Positions 1 through 9,124 of a stretch of 62,896 nucleotides of DNA are shown here, piece after piece (the stretch's first letter is position 1; every line of letters starts with the position of its first letter). The notes beneath the pieces were generated by a model. That model was not told the origin of the DNA and did not search any database. It saw only the letters and a list, made by a program, of their open reading frames with translations. A program made the translations under genes and the position numbers. Origin of the DNA: a virus (Duplodnaviria > Caudoviricetes); the IMG/VR virus record IMGVR_UViG_3300041584_000032, positions 1-62,896 of that record. The stretch is one strand, 5' to 3'.

Positions 1-2
1 TA

Positions 3-524
3 GTTATTGATAACGACACGGAGCAGTCTGTATTTCACACACAGCAGGGCGCAAGGCAGGTGCTAGAAATGGTCGGTTATAAATATGGTGGTTATTATCC
101 TTACAGCATGAGAAGCCTTGACGTGGACCAGCGAATAGGCTTGATAAAATGGCAAATTAAAAACATAAAAAACATCGGGTTAATGTTTATTGACGGAATC
201 GCTGACCTAGTAAAAAACGTTAATGATATTGAGGAATGTAATGCGGTGGTACAACTACTTATGAGTTGGAGTAAAGAATACAAAATAGCAATCGGTACGG
301 TTTTGCACATGAATTACGGCACTTTAAAAGCCACAGGACATTTAGGAAGCAGCGTAACAAAGAAAGCGGAAACAGTTATAAGCGTTGTAACCGAAGATGA
401 TACAACTACGCTATCGGCTCAATATACACGGAACCGCGCTTTTTATGATATTGCGTTCAACTTAGATAATAATAGCCTGCCAATCCAAACCGAAGTAAAA
501 AATAAAAAAAATGGAAATTACTAA
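3..524 (+). CDS. RecA/DnaB-like AAA ATPase (helicase), C-terminal part, truncated by window edge
   Basis: Frame is open from base 3 (VIDNDTEQS). Walker B-like LMFIDGIADL, then VLH and GHLGS motifs typical of AAA_25-type helicases. Confidence 0.7.
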   Translation, partial: VIDNDTEQSVFHTQQGARQVLEMVGYKYGGYYPYSMRSLDVDQRIGLIKWQIKNIKNIGLMFIDGIADLVKNVNDIEECNAVVQLLMSWSKEYKIAIGTVLHMNYGTLKATGHLGSSVTKKAETVISVVTEDDTTTLSAQYTRNRAFYDIAFNLDNNSLPIQTEVKNKKNGNY

Positions 525-951
525 ATCAATTCACCGCATTGCCTGGAGATTTTCACAGGGTAAATCATTTGCGCCTAACGAAAATGATACGGACGCTTTA
601 AATGGCATAATAGCATTTTATAACCAGCAGCAGGAACAAATAAGTTTCTCTCAAGAACCGTTTGCAAAAATTTATCTTTACCTTTATCGCGAAATGATTT
701 TAAAGAAACAGTTTGAAGATGTTAACATACCTTTACGCAAAGCATTAGTAGACGCTTTAAGCGTTCCTATTGGTTTTCACATAGGTAATATTAAAAGCGA
801 AATGGAAACGGTAAGGATAGGCAACGCAGTCGCAAAGGAAAACTTAAAAACAGAAGATATTTTAGCGGCTCACATAGACCAAAGTAAATTAACCAAGTTT
901 TTGATTAATCAAATAAACCAAATTTTAACAGATTACGAACAAACGCAATAA
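511..951 (+). CDS. hypothetical protein
   Basis: 146-aa ORF overlapping the upstream stop, A-rich leader. Confidence 0.6.
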   Translation: MEITKSIHRIAWRFSQGKSFAPNENDTDALNGIIAFYNQQQEQISFSQEPFAKIYLYLYREMILKKQFEDVNIPLRKALVDALSVPIGFHIGNIKSEMETVRIGNAVAKENLKTEDILAAHIDQSKLTKFLINQINQILTDYEQTQ

Positions 952-960
952 CAAATAAAA

Positions 961-1566
961 ATGATTAAGCCAAAAGAAAAAGCGTGCAAGGGAACAGGAC
1001 AGGCAAAAGGTTACGGCTGCGGGAAGTTTACTTACCATCGCGTTTATGGCTTAGGCAAGATGTGTTGCTATTCAAATTGGCTACTAACAAGCGAAGCGGG
1101 TCGTATAAAGATGCATAAAGCTATTTTTAAAGCCGCTGCGCCACGTTTAGATATGCATAAGCAGATAGTAAGCGAGAAAAAAACAAAGGACTTAGAAACG
1201 CTTAAAAAGCAGGTTATGACGATTTGCCATAAGTACATAAGGCTGCGCGACAAAGGTTTGCCGTGCATTTCTTGCGGTGCTAAATGGAACGACCAATTCC
1301 AAGCAGGGCATTTTTTTAAAGCGGAGTTGTATAGTAATCTTAAATATCACGAGTTTAACATATTAGGGCAATGCCGAATATGTAATTTACACAAACAAGG
1401 GAACGAAAACGAGTACGCGCTGCGATTACCTAGTAGAATAGGTAAAGAAAATTTTGAAACCGTGCAAAAAATTGCAGCCGAAAGCAAACAAAGCGCGTTT
1501 AAATGGGATAGGCAAGAACTAAAAGCACTTTATATTTACTACCGCGATAAAATAAAAACGCTTTAA
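961..1566 (+). CDS. ninG: NinG/Rap-like recombination endonuclease (HNH-type)
   Basis: YIRLRDKGLPCISCG...QAGHF...NILGQCRICN matches the lambda NinG pattern. Confidence 0.85.
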   Translation: MIKPKEKACKGTGQAKGYGCGKFTYHRVYGLGKMCCYSNWLLTSEAGRIKMHKAIFKAAAPRLDMHKQIVSEKKTKDLETLKKQVMTICHKYIRLRDKGLPCISCGAKWNDQFQAGHFFKAELYSNLKYHEFNILGQCRICNLHKQGNENEYALRLPSRIGKENFETVQKIAAESKQSAFKWDRQELKALYIYYRDKIKTL

Positions 1567-1569
1567 TAG

Positions 1570-1599
1570 TTGCGTAACTAATATAATAGTGTATATTTG
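1570..1599 (+). promoter_or_regulatory. Bacteroidota sigma-A-type promoter
   Basis: TTG at 1570 and TATATTTG (TAnnTTTG, -7 box) at 1592-1599, upstream of ATG 1631. Confidence 0.65.
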
Positions 1600-1630
1600 C
1601 ACCATACAATAACAAACAAAACAAAACACA

Positions 1631-1960
1631 ATGAGCAATTTGCCAGCAGGTGCAGAACACGACCCACGCGCACCGTGGAACTACAACCACGTAACACCAG
1701 ACCCAGCAAATTGCCTTTGCTGCCAGCAAGATTTTCAGGACGATGATTGGGAGTATTTAGAACTATGCGGTTTTGACTGCGCGGATAGTTACATAGCGCA
1801 AAAGTTTAACGAGTTAGACCTGACAAGCCCCGCAGATTTAAAGATAGCAAACGGGTTATTTGTAACGGCTACCGAAATACAAGCAGATTGTTTGCAAGAA
1901 ATTACCAATAAACTAAAATTTAAATATGACACCAAAAGAAAAAGCAGAGCAATTGTATAA
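1631..1960 (+). CDS. hypothetical protein with Cys cluster
   Basis: NLPAGAEHDPRAPWN N-terminus and CLCC...CGFDC. Confidence 0.65.
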   Translation: MSNLPAGAEHDPRAPWNYNHVTPDPANCLCCQQDFQDDDWEYLELCGFDCADSYIAQKFNELDLTSPADLKIANGLFVTATEIQADCLQEITNKLKFKYDTKRKSRAIV

Positions 1961-2129
1961 TATTTTTGATATGATTATATACTCTGACCAAGACGAACAC
2001 GACCAATGTAAAAGATGTGCGATAAGATGCGTTGAGCAAATTATACTATCTCACGACAATTGGGCAACAGAACAAGATGAATATTTAGACTATTACAATA
2101 AAGTAAAGCACGAAATTAGCTTATTGTAG
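1926..2129 (+). CDS. hypothetical phage protein
   Basis: MTPKEKAEQL...KRCAIRCVEQII, a small phage-type ORF. Confidence 0.65.
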   Translation: MTPKEKAEQLYNIFDMIIYSDQDEHDQCKRCAIRCVEQIILSHDNWATEQDEYLDYYNKVKHEISLL

Positions 2130-2130
2130 T

Positions 2131-2257
2131 TAACGAATAAGAATATGAATAGTAAGGCGACTTTTACAGAGGTTAGGCTTGGAGTAATGGGAGGCTACAT
2201 ACACGCTGTGACGTGGCAAATAGTAGATACTCGCCAAGTTGCCTTATTATTTATATT
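2131..2257 (+). repeat. 127-bp exact direct repeat, copy 1
   Basis: Identical to 62770-62896, the window end. Confidence 0.95.
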
Positions 2258-2343
2258 TATTGTTGTATGTCTTTTTTAATTGCATACAACGGTCGAGTGT
2301 ATGATTAGTGGCGTAAATATTAACAGAATTAAATAAATAAGCG

Positions 2344-2634
2344 ATGAACAAAAAGCAGATAATTGACAAAATAGTAAATGACCTACCAATGAGTGATATG
2401 CTTGGTAAAATGACTAAAGAAGAATGGCACGGATGGTTTGAAGAATGCTGGTATAAAGCCATTAATTATACACATTGTTGTGAACAGTTGACGGTTAAAG
2501 AATGGGAAATTGATTTTGGTGGCGATGTGCTTGCAGGGTTAGAAGTAACTAATAACGAACCTAAAATAATAGGCGCAATGAATGGTTGGGGAAAGGGTAT
2601 TGATAAAGAAGCAATAACGATTACACAAAAGTAG
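2344..2634 (+). CDS. hypothetical protein spanning a cassette junction
   Basis: Starts inside hairpin site 2 and reads through its right arm (KAINYTHCC). Confidence 0.6.
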   Translation: MNKKQIIDKIVNDLPMSDMLGKMTKEEWHGWFEECWYKAINYTHCCEQLTVKEWEIDFGGDVLAGLEVTNNEPKIIGAMNGWGKGIDKEAITITQK

Positions 2635-2679
2635 TCTATTGTTTACAAATTAGAATATGAATAGTAAAAATTACGGCTT

Positions 2680-2823
2680 ATGGATCAATTACCTTTAGAC
2701 TTTAACTTGGTTATGTTATTATATGACCTTGATGAATTATTGACATTATTAGAAACCGATACTAAAAAATGGCAATGGTTAATAGATGAACTGAACAAAC
2801 AATTAAAAGAACAGATTGAGTAA
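2680..2823 (+). CDS. small hypothetical protein (47 aa) inside hairpin site 3
   Basis: MDQLPLDFNLVMLLYDLDELL...KEQIE*, read by eye and not in the ORF track. Confidence 0.45.
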   Translation: MDQLPLDFNLVMLLYDLDELLTLLETDTKKWQWLIDELNKQLKEQIE

Positions 2824-3044
2824 TTTTTATTATTTATATTCTGTGTTGTGTGCTTTTTTAATTGCATCATAACGGTACTCGTGTATGGCATCGGTTGCCC
2901 TCTTCACAAACTTGCTTGGCAACTGGGCTATACACGGTGTTAAGTATCTGTAAAAAATAAATTTTTAAGCGGTGGCAATTATTCATCGTAGCAAAGGGTT
3001 GCATTTTTCTTGCAACTGTTTGCGGTAACAAGAAACAAAGAATT

Positions 3045-4649
3045 ATGATAACAATAGGAAGTGATTTTAGTGGTGTAGGTGCATTTAACCAGGCATTAAT
3101 GAGATTGAATATTGACTTTAAAGAAATATTTGCTTGTGATATGGATAAATTTGCTAGAGAAACGTACATAGAAAATTATGGAGAACCTAGTTATTACCCA
3201 GAAAATGTTTATGATCGTGAAATTCCAAAAGAAAGTTTAGATATTTATATGACTTCGCCTCCTTGCCAAAGTTTTAGTTTAGCCGGTAAGAGAAAAGGAG
3301 AAGATTCTGCAAATGGTGTATTGTTTTATAATAGCCATGAATTTATTGTAAAAAACAATCCAAGATATTTTATTTTTGAAAATGTAAAAGGTCTTTTAAG
3401 CGATGCTAAGGGAAGAACTTTTCAAATTTGGCTAGATATGTTAGGTGGTAAAAGTGTAAACGGAAACCCCGTTATATTCCCTAGAGAAGATGCAACACCT
3501 TACCACATTTACCACCAAGTTTTAAACGCAAAACATTACGGAGTGCCACAAAATAGAGAGCGTGTTTTTATAGTTGGTATTCGTGATGATGCAGATAATA
3601 ACTTTCATTGGCCAAAGCCTTTTCATTTAGTAAAAAGATTAAAAGACGTTTTAGAAAAAAATGTAGATAAAAAGTTTTATTTAAGTGATAAATTAATTAA
3701 AGGATTTATTTCTCATAAAGATAGGCACGAAGAAAAAGGAACTGGTTTTAAATGGCAGCCAAAAAATGAAAATGATGTAGCAAACGCTTTGAGAGCAAAT
3801 GGTGCTTTATGCCCTACGGATAACTCTATTAAAGTTGGTTATATTAACCAAGACACACAAGCAAGTAAAGTTTTTTCAGAGGAAGGCACATCTCCTACGT
3901 TATCCGCAGGAACTTATGGATATGCACAAGGTTATGTTAAAGTAAAATCTGCAACCAAAAAAGGCTATGAAATTGCAACGGAAAACGATAGTATAAACTT
4001 ATCGCAACCAAATTCTGAAACAAGAAGAGGGCGAGTTGGTAAAGAAGTTGCGCAAACTTTAGATACAGCTTGTAATCAGGCGGTAATAATAAATAAAGCA
4101 GAGATACAAGTAATAGGAAATTTAAAAGGCGATAAAGGTCATAATGTACAAAACTATTATAGTATTGACGGAATTTCTCCAACGGTTATGGAAAATCATG
4201 GAAATGTCACTAAAGTAATGATTGGTGCTATTAGAGGTAGGAACCCAGAAAACCCATTAAGTAGAGAAGTTGGTTTACCAACGGAACAAAGATTAGAGTT
4301 AAATACAAACGGAACATCAAATGCTTTAACCACTGTACAAAAAGATAATGTGGTTGTTTATGGTAATTTAAAAGGTGGTAAATGGGATAAAACTCACGAA
4401 CAAAGTGGACGAGTTTATGATGTAAACGGAATTGGGGCAACTGTTCATACAATGGGAGGTGGTAATCAAGAACCTAAAATTTATCAAGATTATAATATAA
4501 GAAGATTAACCCCAAGAGAGTGCTTCCGTTTAATGGACTTCCCAGATACATTCACATGGCCCGTTAGTAATAGTCAAGCCTATAAGCAAGCTGGAAACAG
4601 TATTGTAGTAAATGTGTTGTCGGAAATACTTAAAAAAATGAATTTATAA
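3045..4649 (+). CDS. dcm: DNA cytosine-C5 methyltransferase
   Basis: Motif I DFSGVG, catalytic SPPCQSFS, ENVKGL, PQNRERVF, RRLTPRECFRLM, QAGNSI; long variable region. Confidence 0.95.
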   Translation: MITIGSDFSGVGAFNQALMRLNIDFKEIFACDMDKFARETYIENYGEPSYYPENVYDREIPKESLDIYMTSPPCQSFSLAGKRKGEDSANGVLFYNSHEFIVKNNPRYFIFENVKGLLSDAKGRTFQIWLDMLGGKSVNGNPVIFPREDATPYHIYHQVLNAKHYGVPQNRERVFIVGIRDDADNNFHWPKPFHLVKRLKDVLEKNVDKKFYLSDKLIKGFISHKDRHEEKGTGFKWQPKNENDVANALRANGALCPTDNSIKVGYINQDTQASKVFSEEGTSPTLSAGTYGYAQGYVKVKSATKKGYEIATENDSINLSQPNSETRRGRVGKEVAQTLDTACNQAVIINKAEIQVIGNLKGDKGHNVQNYYSIDGISPTVMENHGNVTKVMIGAIRGRNPENPLSREVGLPTEQRLELNTNGTSNALTTVQKDNVVVYGNLKGGKWDKTHEQSGRVYDVNGIGATVHTMGGGNQEPKIYQDYNIRRLTPRECFRLMDFPDTFTWPVSNSQAYKQAGNSIVVNVLSEILKKMNL

Positions 4650-4810
4650 CTAACCTTAGTAAAGCGGTAGGCGGACAAAAGGCAATGTGCTGTTTTTCTC
4701 AGCTCTTTGACTGTGCGGTTGCAAAAAGCGTTGGCATTTATTTTTTATTGTACTTAACGTAATTGTATATGGTTTGTTGCGAGTAAATAAGCCTAAATTT
4801 TGATTAATAA

Positions 4811-5734
4811 ATGACTTTAATAAACAGTAAATTACCTTTGAATATGGCACAAAATAGCAATAAATTATATACGGTGTTACCCAATGTAAAAAAGGGCGTG
4901 GCTGACGATAGTAAGACAAATTTAATGGTTACTGTTTCTGGTGGTCGTAGTTCTGCAATGGTAGCAAGGCATATACAAATGTCTAAAAAATATAAAAATT
5001 TTAATAAGATTTATGTTTTTGCTAATACAGGTCAAGAGAGAATTGAAACAATAGAATTTCTTAAAAATATGGTTAAACATTGGGGTCTGGAATTGAATAT
5101 TGTTGAAGGTGTTTATTCAAATATAATGGGTGTAGGTGTTAAATATAAACTTGTGGATTTTGAAACTCTATCAATGAATAGTGAGCCATTTTCTGGTGCG
5201 ATTATGCACAAAAATAAAGGAACTTTTGACGGTGTACCTAACCAAGAAGCACCTTATTGTAGTGAAAGTATGAAAACCATTCCTTGCAAAAAGTTTTGTG
5301 ATGATATTTTTGGTGTAAATAATTACATAAAATCAATAGGTTTTAGAAAAGAAGATATGCCTAAACGAATAACATTTACAGAAGTTAAAGAAGATAAAAA
5401 AAGAATATTTCCTTTATTAACAGATTTTGATAATGTAATTGGAAATATTGAATTAAATAGATGGTGGAAAAAACAACCTTTTAAATTAGAAATACACGGT
5501 GATTTAGGTAATTGCGAATTATGTTGGAAAAAATCTGACAAAACGCTTCTCAAAAATATAAGACACGGAACGAGGTCTATTAATTGGTGGAAAAAAATGG
5601 AAGAAAAATACGAAAATACAGCGTTTAGAGGTAGAAAATCAATAGATGATTTAGTGAAAATGGCTGAATTACCATATACACACGAATTTAATTTTCCAAA
5701 ACAAGAAGAAGATAATTGTGTATGCTCCTTTTAG
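4811..5734 (+). CDS. PAPS-reductase/PP-loop family protein
   Basis: VSGGRSSA PP-loop, FANTGQE, PYCSESMK, GNCELCWKK, C-terminal CVC. Start codon uncertain. Confidence 0.85.
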   Translation: MTLINSKLPLNMAQNSNKLYTVLPNVKKGVADDSKTNLMVTVSGGRSSAMVARHIQMSKKYKNFNKIYVFANTGQERIETIEFLKNMVKHWGLELNIVEGVYSNIMGVGVKYKLVDFETLSMNSEPFSGAIMHKNKGTFDGVPNQEAPYCSESMKTIPCKKFCDDIFGVNNYIKSIGFRKEDMPKRITFTEVKEDKKRIFPLLTDFDNVIGNIELNRWWKKQPFKLEIHGDLGNCELCWKKSDKTLLKNIRHGTRSINWWKKMEEKYENTAFRGRKSIDDLVKMAELPYTHEFNFPKQEEDNCVCSF

Positions 5735-5848
5735 CACCTCCAACCGCAATATTGGTCGCCCTTTTTTATTTTGGGTAACATCTGATATGTGAAACTTTAA
5801 AAGGGAAGGGGAAAACTCAGAGTACCCATAAAAATAAATATAATTATA

Positions 5849-6145
5849 ATGGCACAAGAAGAGAAAATTTTTGCAGACGGATTCATTTTTAAGAGGAACG
5901 ATAAAGCTCCTGAGTTCGTAATTGGTAGATTGTCAATGAAAGTTGATGAAGCGATTGAATTTATTAAGAGCAACCAAAAGAATGGTTGGGTAAACCTTGG
6001 CATTAAACAAGCTAGAAGTGGTAACTACTATGTTGAGTTGGATACCTTTGAAGCCAACAAAGCAAATTCAGAGGTTAAACAAGCCGTAAATACACCTATT
6101 CCGGAGGGGATTGTTGGCGAAGGGGATGATTTCGATTTATTTTAA
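5849..6145 (+). CDS. probable single-stranded DNA-binding protein
   Basis: Small beta-rich protein with acidic, aromatic-ending tail (GDDFDLF), upstream of the primase. Confidence 0.6.
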   Translation: MAQEEKIFADGFIFKRNDKAPEFVIGRLSMKVDEAIEFIKSNQKNGWVNLGIKQARSGNYYVELDTFEANKANSEVKQAVNTPIPEGIVGEGDDFDLF

Positions 6146-6155
6146 CCTACAAAAC

Positions 6156-6186
6156 AAAGGGGAGCATGATAGTTCCCCTTTTATTT
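6156..6186 (+). terminator. intrinsic terminator
   Basis: AAAGGGGAGC...GTTCCCCTTT hairpin plus T-run after the SSB gene. Confidence 0.75.
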
Positions 6187-6204
6187 CCATTACTTTGTAC
6201 CGAA

Positions 6205-6366
6205 AATGACAAAAAAAAATCACTATACTAACACTATACAAATATATATATATATATTTTTTTTAAATTTCATTTTAATAAAATAATTGACATAAAAGAC
6301 ATTATAACTGAATGTCAATAAGTTATAAAAACAAAAACGACATAAAAACGACATAAAAATGACACG
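6205..6366. other. origin-like AT-rich region with GACA(T) iterons
   Basis: (TA)n and T-runs, tandem AAAAACGACAT at 6333-6354 and further GACA copies, directly upstream of the primase-helicase. Confidence 0.45.
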
Positions 6367-8782
6367 AAACGTAACAATCTTCCAAAACATTAGGGATACA
6401 GACACTCCCTTCTATCGTGATGTAAACGTTATCCTAGACAGGATACGAGAAGGGGCAGGGGCTACCAAGGACATAGTCAAGAGAATTAGACTTGAGAAAA
6501 ACAAATCAGAACGTAACGAAATTAAGAAGCTATTGCCTGCTATATGCTTTAGCGGTACTTTCAAAAAACGATTAGATTCAGCACTCGAATTACACTCAGG
6601 ACTTATATGTTTGGATTTTGATGGGTTCGAGAAACAAAAAGAACTTCTTCAAAACAAAGAGACAATATCTAAGAACAAGTATGTATTTGCAGTTTTCATA
6701 AGCCCATCAGGTAATGGACTAAAAGTGTTAGTCAAGATACCCGCAGACCTTGAGAACCATGCGAACTACTTTAATAGCCTAGAAAAGCATTTTAACAGCC
6801 CCTATTTCGATAAAACAAGTAAAAACATTAGTAGGGTATGTTACGAGAGTTACGACCCCTTAATACACGTTAATATCAATTCTAGCATTTGGGATGTTAT
6901 CGAGGAGCCGGAATATACGGAGATAAGTAAAGTAAGAGACCAAGCGACCATAGCAATCACAGATGAAAATAAGATTGTAGACATACTTGTGAGATGGTGG
7001 AATAAGAAATACCCCATGCAGGAAGGGCAGCGAAATCAAAACGCTTACATACTTGCAATGGCTTTTAATGACTTTGGAATAAACAAGAGCTTAGCAGCTT
7101 ATGTGCTTAATCATTACGCTACATCAGAATTTACGCTTTCAGAGATTGCAACAACAATCGACTCGGCATACAGGCACGTTGCGAACTTCGGAACCAAGTA
7201 CTATGAGGATGATGAAAGAGTCAACAACATAAAGGCAAAGCTTAGACGGGGTGTTTCAAAAAAAGAAGTAAAACTTCAACTTAAAGACTCAGGACTAGAT
7301 GAAGAGACCATTGATTCCGTGCTTAACAAAGTTGAGGATGAGAATTTAAAGATGTCATTTTGGACTAAAAACGATAAAGGTGCTATCAAAATTGAGCATA
7401 TACTTTTTAAGCTTTTCTTAGAGGACTCAGGATTCTATAAGTTCTGTCCGGAAGGCAGTAGGAACTACGTTTTTGTAAAGGTTACCAATAATCTTATTGA
7501 CCATACAACAGAGAAAGAAATCAAGGATTATGTTTTAAACCACTTACTAGAGCTAGATGACTACAGTATCTATAACTACTTTGCAGATCAAACCCGATTC
7601 TTTAAAGATGATTTTCTTACGTTGCTTTCGACTATAGAGATTTACTTTATTGCAGACAGCAAGGACTCAGCTTACTTGTATTACAAAAACTGTGCGGTTA
7701 AGATTACTAAGGATGCTATTAAAACAATAGATTATTTGGACTTAGGAGGTTACGTTTGGAAAGACCACGTGATTGATAGAAACTTTAATATTTGCGAGAT
7801 CACAGGAGAATGTGATTTTAAAAGGTTTGTAAGCAATATAAACGGTGGCGATGCTAACAGGGTAAAGACCATGGAGAGTACATTAGGATTCTTACAGCAC
7901 GGATACAAGAACCTATCTTTCTGTCCTGCAGTTATACTTAACGATGAAGTGATAAGCGATAACCCTGAGGGAGGGACAGGAAAGGGATTGATTATGAACG
8001 CCCTTAGCAACATGAAGAAGCTAGTGGTTATAGATGGTAAGTCCTTTAACTTTGAGAAGTCATTCCCGTATCAGTTGGTTTCAGCAGACACACAAATCCT
8101 TTGCTTCGATGACGTGAAAAAGCATTTTGATTTCGAGAGACTTTTCTCTGTGATTACAGAAGGATTAACCCTTGAGAAGAAGAATAAAGATGCAATTAAG
8201 ATTCCTTTTCCAAAGTCGCCTAAGGTTACATTGACAACAAACTATGCCATAAAAGGTGCAGGAAATTCTTTTGCAAGAAGAAAATGGGAACTCGAACTAC
8301 ATCAGTATTATAGCATGAGTTTTACTCCAAGAGATGACTTTGGTAGAATGATGTTTGGGGATTGGAATGATGAAGAGTGGTGCGAGTTTGATAACTACAT
8401 GATTGGATGCTTAAAGTACTACCTTAATGCCGGATTGGTAAAGTCTAAGTTTGTTAATCTAAAAATCAGACAGCTATCAGCAGAGACTTGCCACGAATTT
8501 ATAGAATGGTGTGGATTGGTAGACAGTAATGATAGAAGTGATATGTTGCCACCAAATGTAAGGCTCTATAAAAATGACCTGTATAGCAATTTCATTGAGG
8601 AGCATCCTGACTACGGAGCAAGGGGTAAGATGACTATTAGTAGAACTAAGTTCTATAAGTGGTTAGTTGCCTACGCTATATTTAAAGAAGGAATAATGCC
8701 CGATGAAGACCGAGACCATATTGGCCGGTGGATAATAATAAAGAAGAGAGCAGACAACGATACACAAATTCAATTAAACTAA
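6359..8782 (+). CDS. primase-helicase (BT4734/VirE-N primase domain, PriCT-like domain, P-loop helicase)
   Basis: LPAICFSG, SGLICLDFD, FISPSGNGLK, RVCYESYDP; EGQRN; Walker A GGTGKG; Walker B LCFDD. Confidence 0.9.
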   Translation: MTRNVTIFQNIRDTDTPFYRDVNVILDRIREGAGATKDIVKRIRLEKNKSERNEIKKLLPAICFSGTFKKRLDSALELHSGLICLDFDGFEKQKELLQNKETISKNKYVFAVFISPSGNGLKVLVKIPADLENHANYFNSLEKHFNSPYFDKTSKNISRVCYESYDPLIHVNINSSIWDVIEEPEYTEISKVRDQATIAITDENKIVDILVRWWNKKYPMQEGQRNQNAYILAMAFNDFGINKSLAAYVLNHYATSEFTLSEIATTIDSAYRHVANFGTKYYEDDERVNNIKAKLRRGVSKKEVKLQLKDSGLDEETIDSVLNKVEDENLKMSFWTKNDKGAIKIEHILFKLFLEDSGFYKFCPEGSRNYVFVKVTNNLIDHTTEKEIKDYVLNHLLELDDYSIYNYFADQTRFFKDDFLTLLSTIEIYFIADSKDSAYLYYKNCAVKITKDAIKTIDYLDLGGYVWKDHVIDRNFNICEITGECDFKRFVSNINGGDANRVKTMESTLGFLQHGYKNLSFCPAVILNDEVISDNPEGGTGKGLIMNALSNMKKLVVIDGKSFNFEKSFPYQLVSADTQILCFDDVKKHFDFERLFSVITEGLTLEKKNKDAIKIPFPKSPKVTLTTNYAIKGAGNSFARRKWELELHQYYSMSFTPRDDFGRMMFGDWNDEEWCEFDNYMIGCLKYYLNAGLVKSKFVNLKIRQLSAETCHEFIEWCGLVDSNDRSDMLPPNVRLYKNDLYSNFIEEHPDYGARGKMTISRTKFYKWLVAYAIFKEGIMPDEDRDHIGRWIIIKKRADNDTQIQLN

Positions 8783-8788
8783 ATAGAC

Positions 8789-9124
8789 ATGACGGAAGGA
8801 CAATTAGTACACCTTGGAATGGTTAATTCATACAATGTGTTAGTAGGTAACGCCACCTTAGAGGAAATTATATCAGCAAAAATAGGCGTTTTCTCTCACT
8901 CCCTAGAAGAGTCAGATGCTAAGAAAAGCATAGAGCTAATGATTTTCTATTTTAAAGAAATAGAGATGTATGAATACTGCGCAGGACTACAGGATTATAT
9001 TGAAGATGTTTTTGATAATGAAGGACTTTATAAAAATAACTATTGTGTTTGCACCTATCCTCAGATAGAAAAGTACGTTAATAGAATTAAATGCAAAAAA
9101 TGCGGGATGAAAATAGAACTGTAG
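8789..9124 (+). CDS. hypothetical protein with C-terminal zinc ribbon
   Basis: CVC...CKKCG. Confidence 0.65.
   Translation: MTEGQLVHLGMVNSYNVLVGNATLEEIISAKIGVFSHSLEESDAKKSIELMIFYFKEIEMYEYCAGLQDYIEDVFDNEGLYKNNYCVCTYPQIEKYVNRIKCKKCGMKIEL

Larger units (their letters stand above)
2127..5790. mobile_element. attC-like cassette array: five foldable YAAC...GTTR sites alternating with inverted-repeat-bounded cassettes
   Basis: Sites: 2131-2265, 2287-2480, 2646-2848, 2870-2942, 4755-4879. Cassettes GTT...AAC with complementary ends: 2262-2290, 2477-2649, 2845-2873, 2939-4758, 4876-5779. No integrase in the window. Confidence 0.6.

Noticed and set aside
2131-2257. 127-bp repeat as attL/attR, terminal repeat or DGR template/variable pair
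   Set aside because: No integrase, tRNA, host genes or reverse transcriptase. Copies are identical with no adenine-specific changes, and the length fits an assembler overlap.
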